Below are positions 47,936 to 58,427 of a DNA stretch of 59,145 nucleotides, one piece after another (the first letter of the stretch is position 1; each line of letters starts with the position of its first letter). The notes below the pieces were generated by a model, which did not search any database, was not told the DNA's origin, and saw only the letters and a list, made by a program, of their open reading frames with translations. The DNA lies in IMG/VR virus record IMGVR_UViG_3300022841_000020, positions 1-59,145 of that record, one strand, 5' to 3'. Source of the stretch: a virus. Its lineage: Duplodnaviria; Caudoviricetes. Both the position numbers and the translations under genes were made by a program.

Positions 47936-48772
47936 ATGAAAACAGTAAATAGTTTGAGTGGTGGTAAAACAAGTAGTTATTTAGCTATGCACTATCCAGC
48001 GGATTATAATTTGTATGCCTTAGTGTGTAATGACGATAAAGAATGTGCGCACCCGGATAAAAAAGTAATGCAATTAGTAAATGATAAACTTGAAAAATAC
48101 AGCTCAAGATTTGGAGAATGTATTGGAACTCCTGAAAATTATTTAAACCTAAATGTTATTTTAGATTTAGAACAAAAATTAGGTAAAGAAATAATTTGGT
48201 TGCGTGATGAAAGTTTTGATTGGTGGATTAATTACAAAAAAGGACTACCAAAACACGACCAGAGATGGTGTACTGAATTAATGAAGTTAAAGCCAATATT
48301 TGAATGGTGCTATTTATATACCGACTTACCTGTAAAAATGAGAATTGGATATAGACTTGATGAAGCAGAACGAAAAGATAGATTAACAACTAAATATGAA
48401 CTTCCAATAAGTTGCAATACTTATGGACAAAAAAGACAAAATTGGCATAGAGATGTTGAGTGGCGTGTTGGTGATTTTCCTCTTATTGATGATAAAATAT
48501 TGCACTATAACATATATTTATGGGCATTAAAGAGTGGATTAGTATTTCCTAAAGATAGCAATTGCCAGATGTGTTTTCACAAAGAACCACAGCAATTGAG
48601 AAAAAACTTTGAAGACGCGCCAAAAGTTATGAATTGGGCTAAGATCAAAGAAAAAGAAACCAATAAGAGATTTAAGACAAATTTAAAAATGGAAAAAATA
48701 GAAAAAATAGGATTACAAAAAGACTTTGTTTTTGGTACTGGTAGTGGTTGTAGTTCTGAATGTAGCGATTAA
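47936..48772 (+). CDS. PAPS-reductase/DndC-like PP-loop protein
   Basis: SLSGGKTS PP-loop, RWCTELMKLKP, IGYRLDE..R, SNCQMCF, terminal Cys cluster; ATG 47936 preferred. Confidence 0.85.
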   Translation: MKTVNSLSGGKTSSYLAMHYPADYNLYALVCNDDKECAHPDKKVMQLVNDKLEKYSSRFGECIGTPENYLNLNVILDLEQKLGKEIIWLRDESFDWWINYKKGLPKHDQRWCTELMKLKPIFEWCYLYTDLPVKMRIGYRLDEAERKDRLTTKYELPISCNTYGQKRQNWHRDVEWRVGDFPLIDDKILHYNIYLWALKSGLVFPKDSNCQMCFHKEPQQLRKNFEDAPKVMNWAKIKEKETNKRFKTNLKMEKIEKIGLQKDFVFGTGSGCSSECSD

Positions 48773-48901
48773 TTTAAGTAAATTAATAATCTAAAACCCC
48801 CGAATTAGTCGGAATTAAAAAACAAAAATTATGTGTATAAGAACATCACATCAATCAGTATGGGTAGAAGCTGAGCAAACTGAGCAAGGTTTATGGGTAA
48901 C

Positions 48902-48935
48902 AAAAAAAGAGGACCCTTTATTGCTAAAGGGTCCT
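48902..48935 (-). terminator. Intrinsic terminator
   Basis: aggacccttta/taaagggtcct stem followed by U tract on the minus strand. Confidence 0.85.
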
Positions 48936-48980
48936 AGCGTCGGGAAACGCACAACCAGCAGAACTGGAAGGTATTGTTAG

Positions 48981-49940
48981 TTAGTCCAGTTTAGGACCTT
49001 CTGCTATTTTTTCTTTTATCCATTCCAAATCGTTTTTCTTGTTGATTGGAACTGGCTTATTAAAATCATCTTCGTACTCTTCACGAGCTTCTTTTAAGTC
49101 AAGATCATCGCCTTCTTTAGACTGATGCAAATCTACACTATCTTCGTCTTTATTTGCAAGTATGCTTTGGATTTCTTCACTAGCTGTATAGTCTTTTTTG
49201 AGCTCGTAACTTCTAGTTATTTTCTCTCCAATTTCTTGAAGAGTAAGCTTTGCACTTTCATCCTTACCAGATAAGAATTGACCTAGCTTGCTGATGGGGT
49301 CTTGCCCTGCCGCAATGCTTATCAATGATCTACCTGTATCGGCCCAGCTAATTCCAGTATTAGTAGGGTTTATTAATAGAACACCTCTTAGAACAGCTAA
49401 AGCAGCTACAGTCTTTGGTGCGTAATCTGGCTGTTTCATTTCCTCTAACACCTTCTCAGGATCGTCCATAGCGAATTGCTTGAGTTGACTTTCAATAAGC
49501 TTGTCGCTTTGAGAAATCACATAAGCTCCTAATAAGACAAAAGCACGAGCTTTCATTTCCTCAGAATCCTTGCTGCTTACAGCCTCATAAGCTTTAAATC
49601 TTAGCTCCATCAAATCAATATTTTGACTTGCAGTTACGTCATGGTCAACTTTATTAAAATGAATTCTATTCCATGGGTGCTTTGTTAGGATTTCGACTAA
49701 AACTTTGTTAGCGCTGTCAACTTGTAAAGCACCGTCTTCAAACCAAACCCCTGGGGCTTCTTGATCACCTTGATGATCTTCTTTGAAAATACTTTCTTGA
49801 CCGGGTATGTATTCTATATTTCTTAATCCCAATGATTTTTTACCATCAAACTTTTCAAGCATGATGTTTTTAATAGGTAGCTGCCACGATGCAGGCCTTC
49901 TGCTTTTTGTTAATTCGTAATTTAATTTTGTTTTTGCCAT
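48981..49940 (-). CDS. Conserved protein downstream of MCP (crAss gene-75-like position)
   Basis: IEYIPGQESIF..WFEDGAL.V...HPWN; synteny. Confidence 0.6.
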   Translation of the reverse strand: MAKTKLNYELTKSRRPASWQLPIKNIMLEKFDGKKSLGLRNIEYIPGQESIFKEDHQGDQEAPGVWFEDGALQVDSANKVLVEILTKHPWNRIHFNKVDHDVTASQNIDLMELRFKAYEAVSSKDSEEMKARAFVLLGAYVISQSDKLIESQLKQFAMDDPEKVLEEMKQPDYAPKTVAALAVLRGVLLINPTNTGISWADTGRSLISIAAGQDPISKLGQFLSGKDESAKLTLQEIGEKITRSYELKKDYTASEEIQSILANKDEDSVDLHQSKEGDDLDLKEAREEYEDDFNKPVPINKKNDLEWIKEKIAEGPKLD

Positions 49941-49965
49941 TTCCGCTTGCTTTTTTATTGTTATT

Positions 49966-49999
49966 AAAAAAAAAAGGGCTGATATTTCAACCCCTTTTT
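49966..49999 (-). terminator. Terminator after MCP
   Basis: aaaaagggctga...tcaaccccttttt with A10. Confidence 0.7.
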
Positions 50000-50012
50000 A
50001 GTTTATTATACT

Positions 50013-51344
50013 TTAGTAGACTGCTGACCCCCTTCCCACTAAGAAGTTGTTGGCTCCTGCTACTTGATTCAAACACTCAGTTGTGTAGTGAGCACTTTGA
50101 GCATCCAATACTTGTGGCGTACCGTTTGGACCAAACAACTTAAGCTCGCGCTTTCTGTTGTAGGACTCATCACCTCTGTATCGTACACTTAAAAATGGTG
50201 TAGACACTGTGTTTCCATTTTCGTAAATACTTGTATTACCGTTAGGTATCATCAAGTAAGCAAGACCAGTTGCACGGAATTTTGTACTACCCATTAATGA
50301 GGGGTTATCTAAAATTTCTAAAGGCTGGAAAAAGAAAGTAATGCCATCAATAAACACATCACTAAAGCCAAGAGCCATAGACATATCACGGCTGTTGTTA
50401 AATGCACCATAGTTTCCACCACCTGAATAGTGAGCGTTTACACCTGAAAGCATTCTACGAAAATTAGCTCCTTGTTTGTGATCATGCCATACGTTGTAAG
50501 AGTTACAACCACCACCTTGCTGCTTAAGTCTTCTTACTACTTCAGAAAGCTCCTCAATAGTTTCTATATATTCGTTAGCAATGTTTCCTCTTTCTTCAAT
50601 TTGAGGAATAACACCTTTCATTCCTCGGTTTTCACCACTAGCTTTACGCTCATGAAAAAGCTGAGTAAACTCTACTTTGTTATCAAATAACGTAGATGTT
50701 CTCATCATCTCATAGTTGTGCCACTTAGGACCTTCTGGAGTTTGAATCCATGTCTTAGTGATCATATCAGAAGCATTAATTTCGTAATACTCTTTTACAA
50801 TATGAGTAAAGTTATCATAAATGGTTGGGTCCCACCTTCTGCTAGTTGTAAAGTTCGCCTCTCCTTTAGCCCAAGAGTTAGTAAAATCAATAAGTATGTC
50901 AACACTATTTGCAAAGTCAAATGCTTCACCTCTTGTTACCGCAGTAAAAACTTTAGTAGATGTAATTGCTGTAACTTCTGCCTGCCATTCAGCAACACCA
51001 TCGGTAATAAGAATAATATCCTTAACACGCGCATTGTGCGGAGTTGGAGAAGTAAAAACATTTCCTGAAGTGGTTACGTTTTTTACAGCATTATGAAGTC
51101 TTCCTTCCTCTGAGTGTGATATTTTATCGGCAGCATAAGTGCTTTCGTTCCCAATAAGCTCAGTTAGCTTAAGGATTTTTCCCTTTCCGTAAGCGCTGTG
51201 AAGCTGCGGAATAAGCTCAGGAGCAAATTTCTGAGCGTATGTATAATCGTCTATGAAGTTTTCAGCAGTAGCATTTACACCTCCTGGTGCATCAATTACC
51301 GCTGGGCCCCCTGATAAGTTACCGTCTAATAAATCAAAAGCCAT
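50013..51344 (-). CDS. Major capsid protein
   Basis: 443 aa after scaffold; SEEGRLH, GMKGVIPQIEERGN, LGF, GANNF motifs. Confidence 0.85.
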   Translation of the reverse strand: MAFDLLDGNLSGGPAVIDAPGGVNATAENFIDDYTYAQKFAPELIPQLHSAYGKGKILKLTELIGNESTYAADKISHSEEGRLHNAVKNVTTSGNVFTSPTPHNARVKDIILITDGVAEWQAEVTAITSTKVFTAVTRGEAFDFANSVDILIDFTNSWAKGEANFTTSRRWDPTIYDNFTHIVKEYYEINASDMITKTWIQTPEGPKWHNYEMMRTSTLFDNKVEFTQLFHERKASGENRGMKGVIPQIEERGNIANEYIETIEELSEVVRRLKQQGGGCNSYNVWHDHKQGANFRRMLSGVNAHYSGGGNYGAFNNSRDMSMALGFSDVFIDGITFFFQPLEILDNPSLMGSTKFRATGLAYLMIPNGNTSIYENGNTVSTPFLSVRYRGDESYNRKRELKLFGPNGTPQVLDAQSAHYTTECLNQVAGANNFLVGRGSAVY

Positions 51345-51362
51345 TTTTTTATGTTTTAAAAG

Positions 51363-52505
51363 TTAAAATTGTTCTGGAGTAAGTCCTCCAAATCCCTTTC
51401 CTTTTTTTTGTCCTTTTGCATCTCTCCAATTCATAATTGAGTCTTTAGATCCTGAGTTTCCACTTCTAGGCATAGATTTAATTCTTGGAGTTGCGTTATG
51501 CTCAATAGCTGAAAAATCTTCCGCTTGTTGAGCTAACGCCTTGTGAACAATTGCGGTTATAGCTTTTTCCCTTTTTGCTGGATTAGCCCAGTACAAACCT
51601 TCTTGAAGTTTACCATAGTCTAATCCCTTATCGCCACCAAAAGCTTTTTGATAAAAACCGTCTATATCGAGTGCAGAGGAAGCCATATCACGCACTTCTT
51701 CTTTTGTGTACTCATAACTAACGTTCATCAATTTTTCAGTACCGTTATCATCAATTTTGATATCATAAGCAGAAACCTTGATTTTATCCGAGGAGTCTTC
51801 AATACTTTGTTGATATACTTTTTGTTGATCATATAATTTGTCATATTTTACTTTGGTCATTTGCTCTCCATTCTCAAGAGTGACCATTTCAACATCACCT
51901 TTCCTTTCGGCAGGTTTTTTGTACTTTTCTTTAAGATCTTGTTGAGACTTTAAATAATCAGATGAATAGTTTTTTAGCTTCATCTTATCTATTGGAGACA
52001 ATCTTTCAAAATCAGAAACATCTAATTTTAATTCCTCCTCCAAATAGTCATCTACGTTAGAGCTGTCTAAATAGCCGTCGCTCATTGCAATAGCCTTTTC
52101 TCTCGCTAGTTCTGCAAGATTTGTTTTACTGTAATCTCTATTGAGTGTTTTAAATTCTTCAAAACCCCTTTGAGTTTCTTTATTGTACTTTAAAAACTGT
52201 GAAGCCTCTTCAGATAAACCCTCAAAAGGATCTGCTAAAGACTCAGGATCTTTAAATAAATCATCAAGGCTTGCAAACTCTTTACCTCTTTTTTCTTTAA
52301 AGTATTTTAAAACAGCTTCATCGTTAATTTCGTTTACCGTTGGCTCTGGATCAATTGGCTTCGGATTAACTGGATCAACTAGATCAGGTGTATCAATTGG
52401 CTTAGGTTCTGGGTCTATGGTGTCAATAACTGGATCTATCGGTTTAGCGTTTGGAGCAGCTGTTTTCTCACTAAATGAATTTAAAAAACTTTTCCCGATC
52501 TCCAT
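51363..52505 (-). CDS. Scaffold-like protein
   Basis: Acidic, Pro-rich N-terminus between portal and MCP; ATG 52505 downstream of promoter 52533-52540. Confidence 0.7.
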   Translation of the reverse strand: MEIGKSFLNSFSEKTAAPNAKPIDPVIDTIDPEPKPIDTPDLVDPVNPKPIDPEPTVNEINDEAVLKYFKEKRGKEFASLDDLFKDPESLADPFEGLSEEASQFLKYNKETQRGFEEFKTLNRDYSKTNLAELAREKAIAMSDGYLDSSNVDDYLEEELKLDVSDFERLSPIDKMKLKNYSSDYLKSQQDLKEKYKKPAERKGDVEMVTLENGEQMTKVKYDKLYDQQKVYQQSIEDSSDKIKVSAYDIKIDDNGTEKLMNVSYEYTKEEVRDMASSALDIDGFYQKAFGGDKGLDYGKLQEGLYWANPAKREKAITAIVHKALAQQAEDFSAIEHNATPRIKSMPRSGNSGSKDSIMNWRDAKGQKKGKGFGGLTPEQF

Positions 52506-52620
52506 AGTATTTGTTTTATCTATTATATAATACAAAAGTATAAAATATAATGATATAAATACAAATATATTTATACTATATATATACTAAATTTTAATAA
52601 ATACACTTAAAAAAATAGTA

Positions 52621-52662
52621 AAAAAGAAATCCCATTGACAATAATTTGCAAATGGGATTTTT
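52621..52662 (-). terminator. Terminator after portal
   Basis: aaatcccatt/aatgggattt stem. Confidence 0.65.
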
Positions 52663-52674
52663 AAATTAAAAAAA

Positions 52675-55092
52675 TTACTCGATTCCTAAAAGTTTATTTA
52701 GATTAAAGTCTGGTTCAGTAAAGTCGAAAGATCCGGTGTCTTTTAATCTTTGATCTATTAGTACACTTTGTTGGCTGCTTTTAACATCTTGTCTATCGTC
52801 TTTAGCCTTCTCTTTCATTTCATCACGCTTCAAAATTGTCAACCCTTTGACTTGTTCCAAATAAACATCTTGTTCGAATTTTGACTGTCTCAATGGTTCT
52901 TCAATTTGCATCTTAGCTTGCAATTCCTTTAAAACTAACGCACTTTTTTGAGATTCATATTGAAGGTCAATCATTTTCTTTTGTTGATATGTGGTAATAT
53001 CTGCTTGCTGTTTAGCTTGAGCAGATTCAATATTATTTTTAGACTGAGTTTTATTATTAAATTCAGTTTCCTTCATTCTTTGCTTGATATTTTTACCTCT
53101 AACAAAATGCATATACTGTCTAGCTTGCTTCATGTTATTTCTGGCAATAGCCAATATCTCAGACTTATCAGAAACATCTATGCTTCCTTCTCTTAAAGAT
53201 ATCCCTAAGTCCTCTCTGAGTTCGTCCAGTTCTTCTTTTGCAGGAACCATTTCGAGTGTAAAGCCAAACTCATGAAGACTTCTATTTTCTAAGCTTTTAA
53301 TAGCTTCAATGTTTTCACGTCCTACCGCATCAGAAAGTGTTTTTCTTAAATGCTTAAGTCTTTCAAACTTAAAAATTCCTTTGGTTCTTGCGCTTATGGT
53401 TTCGCACACACGCTTATCAAACATTACTGAAGCATCAACAATATGTTTAGTTGCTGTGTTGTTGGATAATTGAATCATTTGATTTGTGCCAACAAGAGAT
53501 TGTGCTCCAACCGGATCTAATCCTGTAATGTCTTCAATCTGCTTGTAGTAGAAACTCCAAGAATTTAAAAGAGCACCTAGAGCACTGCCTTGTTGATTTG
53601 GCATTGGTCTAGCGGCATTTCCATCCTTCATGCCATCTTCGCCCATGTTCACTCTTTTTTTAAGAACAATACCTTTTACGTTTAGATAGGAAAGAGCTTT
53701 TTTAATATTTTCTTCTGGGTTTCCTTTAGCATCACTTATGAGTTCAGCCACTTGGTCCATATCAATTTCAATAAGATCTGGTTTTAGCTCAGCTACTAAA
53801 TGCTGTATTTTTAAGTGAATCCTTTGAAGTTGTTTACATAACGGAATTATGTTTTTAAGAAAACTTCTAAGTCTATTTCTGTAAATGTTAGTAGCCTGGA
53901 CGACAAATGGAGGTAAAACCTTGTTCATCTCATCCTTTGCTAAAAATTCACATTCTTGATAATTGTAGACAAATTCATCGCTACCAACTACATAGTTTCC
54001 CTCATACCAAGTATCAAAAACCTTAGATAGACGGCTGCTCTCGGAACCTTCAGGAACAACATAGCTATTATCTCTTAATGATACTTTCTTAGTCTGATTA
54101 TTTTTATCTAAATACCTTTTAAAGATAATTTTTTTATCGCTTTTGAAAGTAAACCTTAATATCTGGATTTTAATATCCAAGATGCTTTGCATTGGCGCAT
54201 GAGAAAAGTCAAAAGTTGTTTCATTAAATTTGTTTTGACCAGCGTAAAGTTTTGCTATTTTACGGCACTTAATATCATTATATCCGCTTTCTCTTCTAAA
54301 CTCATTTATGGTTATGGTATCAACATATCCAAAATAGAAAGCATCACTAAAGTCCTCCATTTCAGAAAAGCTATGTATGAACGCTCCTGGATCAACGTAT
54401 TCAGGAACAACTCCATTGTTTTCATCTGTATAAATTCTAGAAACTTGAAGACCAGTAATGACAGAATCCTTATCAGTCTTCTTTTTAGTTTGCTCCCATC
54501 TGTTTGTTTTTTTTGCAAAATTAATAAGTATCTCTTCTGATATTTCTTGCAAAGGCCTTTCTTTAATTTGGCTATAAAGATCAAGCTCGGCAATGTCTTG
54601 AGGAACAAATCCTTTTTCTGATAAATCTGGAAGACCAAGAGCTGCTGCTTTTTTAAGCATTGGGTTAGCAGCCATGTTAGTTTTATGCCTATCGTATTTT
54701 TTCTTTTTTTCAAGAGAAGAGAATCTATCTATTGACCTAACATCTACTCTATAAAACTCGCTACTTATACCGTTAGTAACTTTGTTTACAAACTTTTCAG
54801 AATAGTTTATAGGTGTAAAGTCTAGGTTATGCAAAGTTAAATCGTCAGGCTGTCTTGCTGTGTGGTTTTTATCTTCTTCTAAATTTTGCTCACCACGAAC
54901 ATAGAGTCTTAGTTCATCAATCTCTATATGTCTTTGGGTAAATAAACATTGATTATTAATCATACCACCACCAAACCATTCGGCTTGCATTGCAATAGCC
55001 CACTTTAAACCATAAGCAGGATCTTTCTTTTCTCCTTCTGAAGCTAATGGATCTGGTATTCCTATTACTTTTTTAGATTTTAAATCACTCAT
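52675..55092 (-). CDS. Portal protein
   Basis: 805 aa after TerL; LRLYVRGEQ, NLDFTP...KFVN, YVDP; helical C-terminus. Confidence 0.88.
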   Translation of the reverse strand: MSDLKSKKVIGIPDPLASEGEKKDPAYGLKWAIAMQAEWFGGGMINNQCLFTQRHIEIDELRLYVRGEQNLEEDKNHTARQPDDLTLHNLDFTPINYSEKFVNKVTNGISSEFYRVDVRSIDRFSSLEKKKKYDRHKTNMAANPMLKKAAALGLPDLSEKGFVPQDIAELDLYSQIKERPLQEISEEILINFAKKTNRWEQTKKKTDKDSVITGLQVSRIYTDENNGVVPEYVDPGAFIHSFSEMEDFSDAFYFGYVDTITINEFRRESGYNDIKCRKIAKLYAGQNKFNETTFDFSHAPMQSILDIKIQILRFTFKSDKKIIFKRYLDKNNQTKKVSLRDNSYVVPEGSESSRLSKVFDTWYEGNYVVGSDEFVYNYQECEFLAKDEMNKVLPPFVVQATNIYRNRLRSFLKNIIPLCKQLQRIHLKIQHLVAELKPDLIEIDMDQVAELISDAKGNPEENIKKALSYLNVKGIVLKKRVNMGEDGMKDGNAARPMPNQQGSALGALLNSWSFYYKQIEDITGLDPVGAQSLVGTNQMIQLSNNTATKHIVDASVMFDKRVCETISARTKGIFKFERLKHLRKTLSDAVGRENIEAIKSLENRSLHEFGFTLEMVPAKEELDELREDLGISLREGSIDVSDKSEILAIARNNMKQARQYMHFVRGKNIKQRMKETEFNNKTQSKNNIESAQAKQQADITTYQQKKMIDLQYESQKSALVLKELQAKMQIEEPLRQSKFEQDVYLEQVKGLTILKRDEMKEKAKDDRQDVKSSQQSVLIDQRLKDTGSFDFTEPDFNLNKLLGIE

Positions 55093-57425
55093 TACATGGC
55101 TATTTTAGAAACGGAACCGCTATTGTTATATGTAGTAAAAGGAACGGTCATTCGTCTTTGTTCAACATCTTTTCTTATTGTCCTTCTTTGGTTCCCAACG
55201 TCAGCTAAACTAGCTCCAATATATGCATCAAATTTAGTTCTATTACTTGTATCAACTTCCTTATACTGATATAAAGTTCGTGTAAATGGCATATCTCCCA
55301 TTTCACCCATTAACCGATTAGAATTATCCCTAGCAACACCAATTTGATCTTCTATGTAAGCTTCTGTAGCGTAAAATTGAGCTTCGCCAATTTTAGTGTC
55401 TTGTTGTGGAGCACCACCAAACTCCTGCTCAGTAGGGGATAAGCTACTCCATCCTTTTTTAAACGGATTATTCATACTAAAATGACGAAAACCCCATTCT
55501 TTTATATTAGCTAAAAATCTCTCGTTTGACAGCTCTGATAAAAAAGGTATGCTATAATAAATAGAAGCCATAATTACGTCTTCAAAAAACTGTTCGACTT
55601 TTTTAGGTCTATCTATGTATTCTAAAATTTGAGCATTATTTGGTAAGCTCTCGCACGTATGGGTTTTTGTTTTTAAGATTATAGCCCCGTTAGAGCCTCT
55701 TCCGTCTGCATTTTTACTCCTGTTATAAGGGTCAACCCCAAATGTACCAATGTGTTCTGCTAATGGAGAATTAGCTAGTATTCCTCCATTTTTGCGAACC
55801 ATTTCGTATTTATTCCTAAACTCTTTTGGAGGATGGCAGCCTAACTTAATAAAGAAACGCCCTTTTTCTGGGTCTGGATTCCACCGAACCGTTCCAAAGC
55901 GAATACCATCCACCCAAGAAAGATTTCCCCTCTCTACGCCTGCATTACCTTTCCAAGCTCCGCTTTCACTATTATATGTATCTTCTAGCTCCCATTTGTT
56001 ATGCTCAATCTGTTCATCTAGTTTAATCTCATTAAACTCACACTCACCACTTTCATTTCTAAAGGCATCCTGTACAGTGTCAGGATTTTGACGCATAAAT
56101 TCGTTTAAATCTTCTGGATCATTTTTAAGCGCTTCAATTGAGTTTGCTAAAAAGCTTATGGCTCCAGTTTCTACATAAACGCCTTCATCTGTTTTTACGG
56201 GTTTCTTAGGGTCTTCTAGTATTGAAAATCCATATTCATCAAACATACCCTCAAGGCAGTATTTTGAAGGAACAAATATTCTATAAAGTCCTGATTTTGT
56301 TTGTGCGTTAAGATCGCGCTCCCTGCAATCGCTTTGATCCCATATTTTTTTATACTCAGAACCTCCTTTTTTAAGTGAGTTTACAGTAGAGACAACCATA
56401 GATTTACCAGTGATTATAACTCCTTTTCTGTGTGAAGTTTTTACAATAGGCCAATATTTAGAAAAAGGAACGTCTTTTGGATATTTTCCAGATTCATCAA
56501 GAAGTGATCTAAAAATAGCATCACCATCCATTGCATTAATGTCGGTGTTGTGCCACTCAACCATTGTTCCAAGTCCGTTACCCATTGAGACTGAAGCTCC
56601 AACAGATTTACGTTTTGTAGTCTCTTCAAGGTTTAGTTTTTTCTTTGGTGTATTAGTTCCGTCCCATACAGGCCTAAAGAAAGAAGGAAGTCTTTTAAAA
56701 GCTGTAATGTATCGTCTAAATATCTTACTAGCATCATCTCCTTTTTTAGAGATCATTCCAAGCAATTTATCTTCGTGCAAAGTAGCTGCTTCTAGCATTT
56801 CAAATATCGCTAAAAGGGAAGCTCCCATACGTCTATTTTTCACATACTGCATTCCAAAACATCTTCTGTCAGCCTTGCAAGCTTCCCAAAATATCATAAG
56901 CTCACTTTGGATAACTCTAAAATTAGGGTGCTCAGCTATCTCCCTTACCCATTGAATACCAAACCAATAAGTACCGGTCATATAAATAGGCAATCCTTTG
57001 AGGTATATCCAAACGCCTTGCTCTCTATTTTTGTATTGCTCATCAATATAAGATTGATGCTTTTTAAATAACTTCTCCAAATAGGAGTCAATTTGATCTT
57101 GTTTTTTTTGAGCCGTTCCTGTAAATTTTGAGGTTATAGCATCTATGCTATTGTACTCTAATTCAGCAGGTTTTTTATCACGATAAAACTTTTGCTGAGA
57201 ATCAATTTTTTCATGATTAACTATATACTTTTTATTAGGCATTTCAGGCAGTCCAATCTTCAAGCCTTCGATTTCATAAACTTCGCCAAGCGTACCATCC
57301 TTGGAAATAATTACAACATCGTGTTCTTTGTTATAACCATAACTCCAAGACTTAAGATTATTTAAAATCTTTTTATCTTTATCTGTGATCTTTAGCTCTA
57401 CCTTATTTCCTAAGTAATGTATCAT
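55092..57425 (-). CDS. terL: Terminase large subunit
   Basis: KNRRMGAS Walker-A variant, LLDESGK Walker B, STVN, FGVDPY and TKFDA nuclease motifs. Confidence 0.92.
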   Translation of the reverse strand: MIHYLGNKVELKITDKDKKILNNLKSWSYGYNKEHDVVIISKDGTLGEVYEIEGLKIGLPEMPNKKYIVNHEKIDSQQKFYRDKKPAELEYNSIDAITSKFTGTAQKKQDQIDSYLEKLFKKHQSYIDEQYKNREQGVWIYLKGLPIYMTGTYWFGIQWVREIAEHPNFRVIQSELMIFWEACKADRRCFGMQYVKNRRMGASLLAIFEMLEAATLHEDKLLGMISKKGDDASKIFRRYITAFKRLPSFFRPVWDGTNTPKKKLNLEETTKRKSVGASVSMGNGLGTMVEWHNTDINAMDGDAIFRSLLDESGKYPKDVPFSKYWPIVKTSHRKGVIITGKSMVVSTVNSLKKGGSEYKKIWDQSDCRERDLNAQTKSGLYRIFVPSKYCLEGMFDEYGFSILEDPKKPVKTDEGVYVETGAISFLANSIEALKNDPEDLNEFMRQNPDTVQDAFRNESGECEFNEIKLDEQIEHNKWELEDTYNSESGAWKGNAGVERGNLSWVDGIRFGTVRWNPDPEKGRFFIKLGCHPPKEFRNKYEMVRKNGGILANSPLAEHIGTFGVDPYNRSKNADGRGSNGAIILKTKTHTCESLPNNAQILEYIDRPKKVEQFFEDVIMASIYYSIPFLSELSNERFLANIKEWGFRHFSMNNPFKKGWSSLSPTEQEFGGAPQQDTKIGEAQFYATEAYIEDQIGVARDNSNRLMGEMGDMPFTRTLYQYKEVDTSNRTKFDAYIGASLADVGNQRRTIRKDVEQRRMTVPFTTYNNSGSVSKIAM

Positions 57426-57767
57426 TTAGTTTCTGGCTCTTTTTTTAGTTGGGTGTAGATATCCTTCTTTTTCTTGTTTTTTCGCTTCAGTAGTATTGTC
57501 TTTTTCAGATTCCTGAGATTCTTTTACATGGTGCTCCAGGCTTTCTATTTTTGTTAGAAAAAGATCAACTTGATCCAAGGCAACACTTCTCTTTTTTATC
57601 TTCTCAAGCTTCTTTTGTTCACTTTCTTCTTTATCATCTTCGCTAATATCTTCCTGCTTGTTTTCATCAAAGATTTTAAACACATCGTCAATTAATGATT
57701 TGTATTTTTCAATCAAATTCAATGTTTTTTCCTTTCGATATTCTTTTACGTCAGCATCGTTTTTCAT
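57426..57767 (-). CDS. Putative terminase small subunit
   Basis: Helical, charged, directly upstream of TerL. Confidence 0.5.
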   Translation of the reverse strand: MKNDADVKEYRKEKTLNLIEKYKSLIDDVFKIFDENKQEDISEDDKEESEQKKLEKIKKRSVALDQVDLFLTKIESLEHHVKESQESEKDNTTEAKKQEKEGYLHPTKKRARN

Positions 57768-58390
57768 ACGGCTTCTTTTAAAAGCTTACCTAGAGCATGA
57801 TGATTCTTAATCCACATAAATTTCTGATCATTAATTGTAATATCAATAGCGGTAAATTCTTGATTATAAATTAAATCACCCTCATTAATTCCTTGATTTC
57901 TTGACTCTTTATTCGATATCATGACTCTAAGAACAGGGGTTTGATCGGTATTTTTTCTACTCATATCTGGAATAAATATGGAGCCTATCTTTTCTATCTT
58001 TTCCTCTTTTTCTTTTGGCTCATATTTTTCGCAAATAAGATTATCTCCAAATGCTTTAAATTCCGTTCCTTCTCCCACGGAGTAGCAAATAATTAATCGA
58101 GGATCAACTTTGTAGTGTTTTTTTTCTCTATTAACAAGGTTTTGATTTTGTTCTTCGCCATGTTTCTGGAACGTTTGGTTGTGCACAACAATACGATCTA
58201 CCAAAACTCTAAAGCCTGGCTTTATTTTTCCTTTATAATCCATAGGAACATTGATAACTTCGAAAACATTATTAGCGAGATCCTTGCCTGAAAAGTTTTT
58301 GTCAAGTTTTATTTCGACACCATTTTTAGTTTTAACACCACTCTTGTAACGCTCTGGTATATGTACTATGAAATCTTTGTGTGCTTGCAT
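57764..58390 (-). CDS. Tandem GroES-like fold protein
   Basis: KTKNGVEI...IKPGFRV and IGSIFIPD...GINEGDLI halves. Confidence 0.5.
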   Translation of the reverse strand: MQAHKDFIVHIPERYKSGVKTKNGVEIKLDKNFSGKDLANNVFEVINVPMDYKGKIKPGFRVLVDRIVVHNQTFQKHGEEQNQNLVNREKKHYKVDPRLIICYSVGEGTEFKAFGDNLICEKYEPKEKEEKIEKIGSIFIPDMSRKNTDQTPVLRVMISNKESRNQGINEGDLIYNQEFTAIDITINDQKFMWIKNHHALGKLLKEAV

Positions 58391-58427
58391 TGCTTTATAA
58401 TTAGTTTGTAGTTATTATTATTTTATA

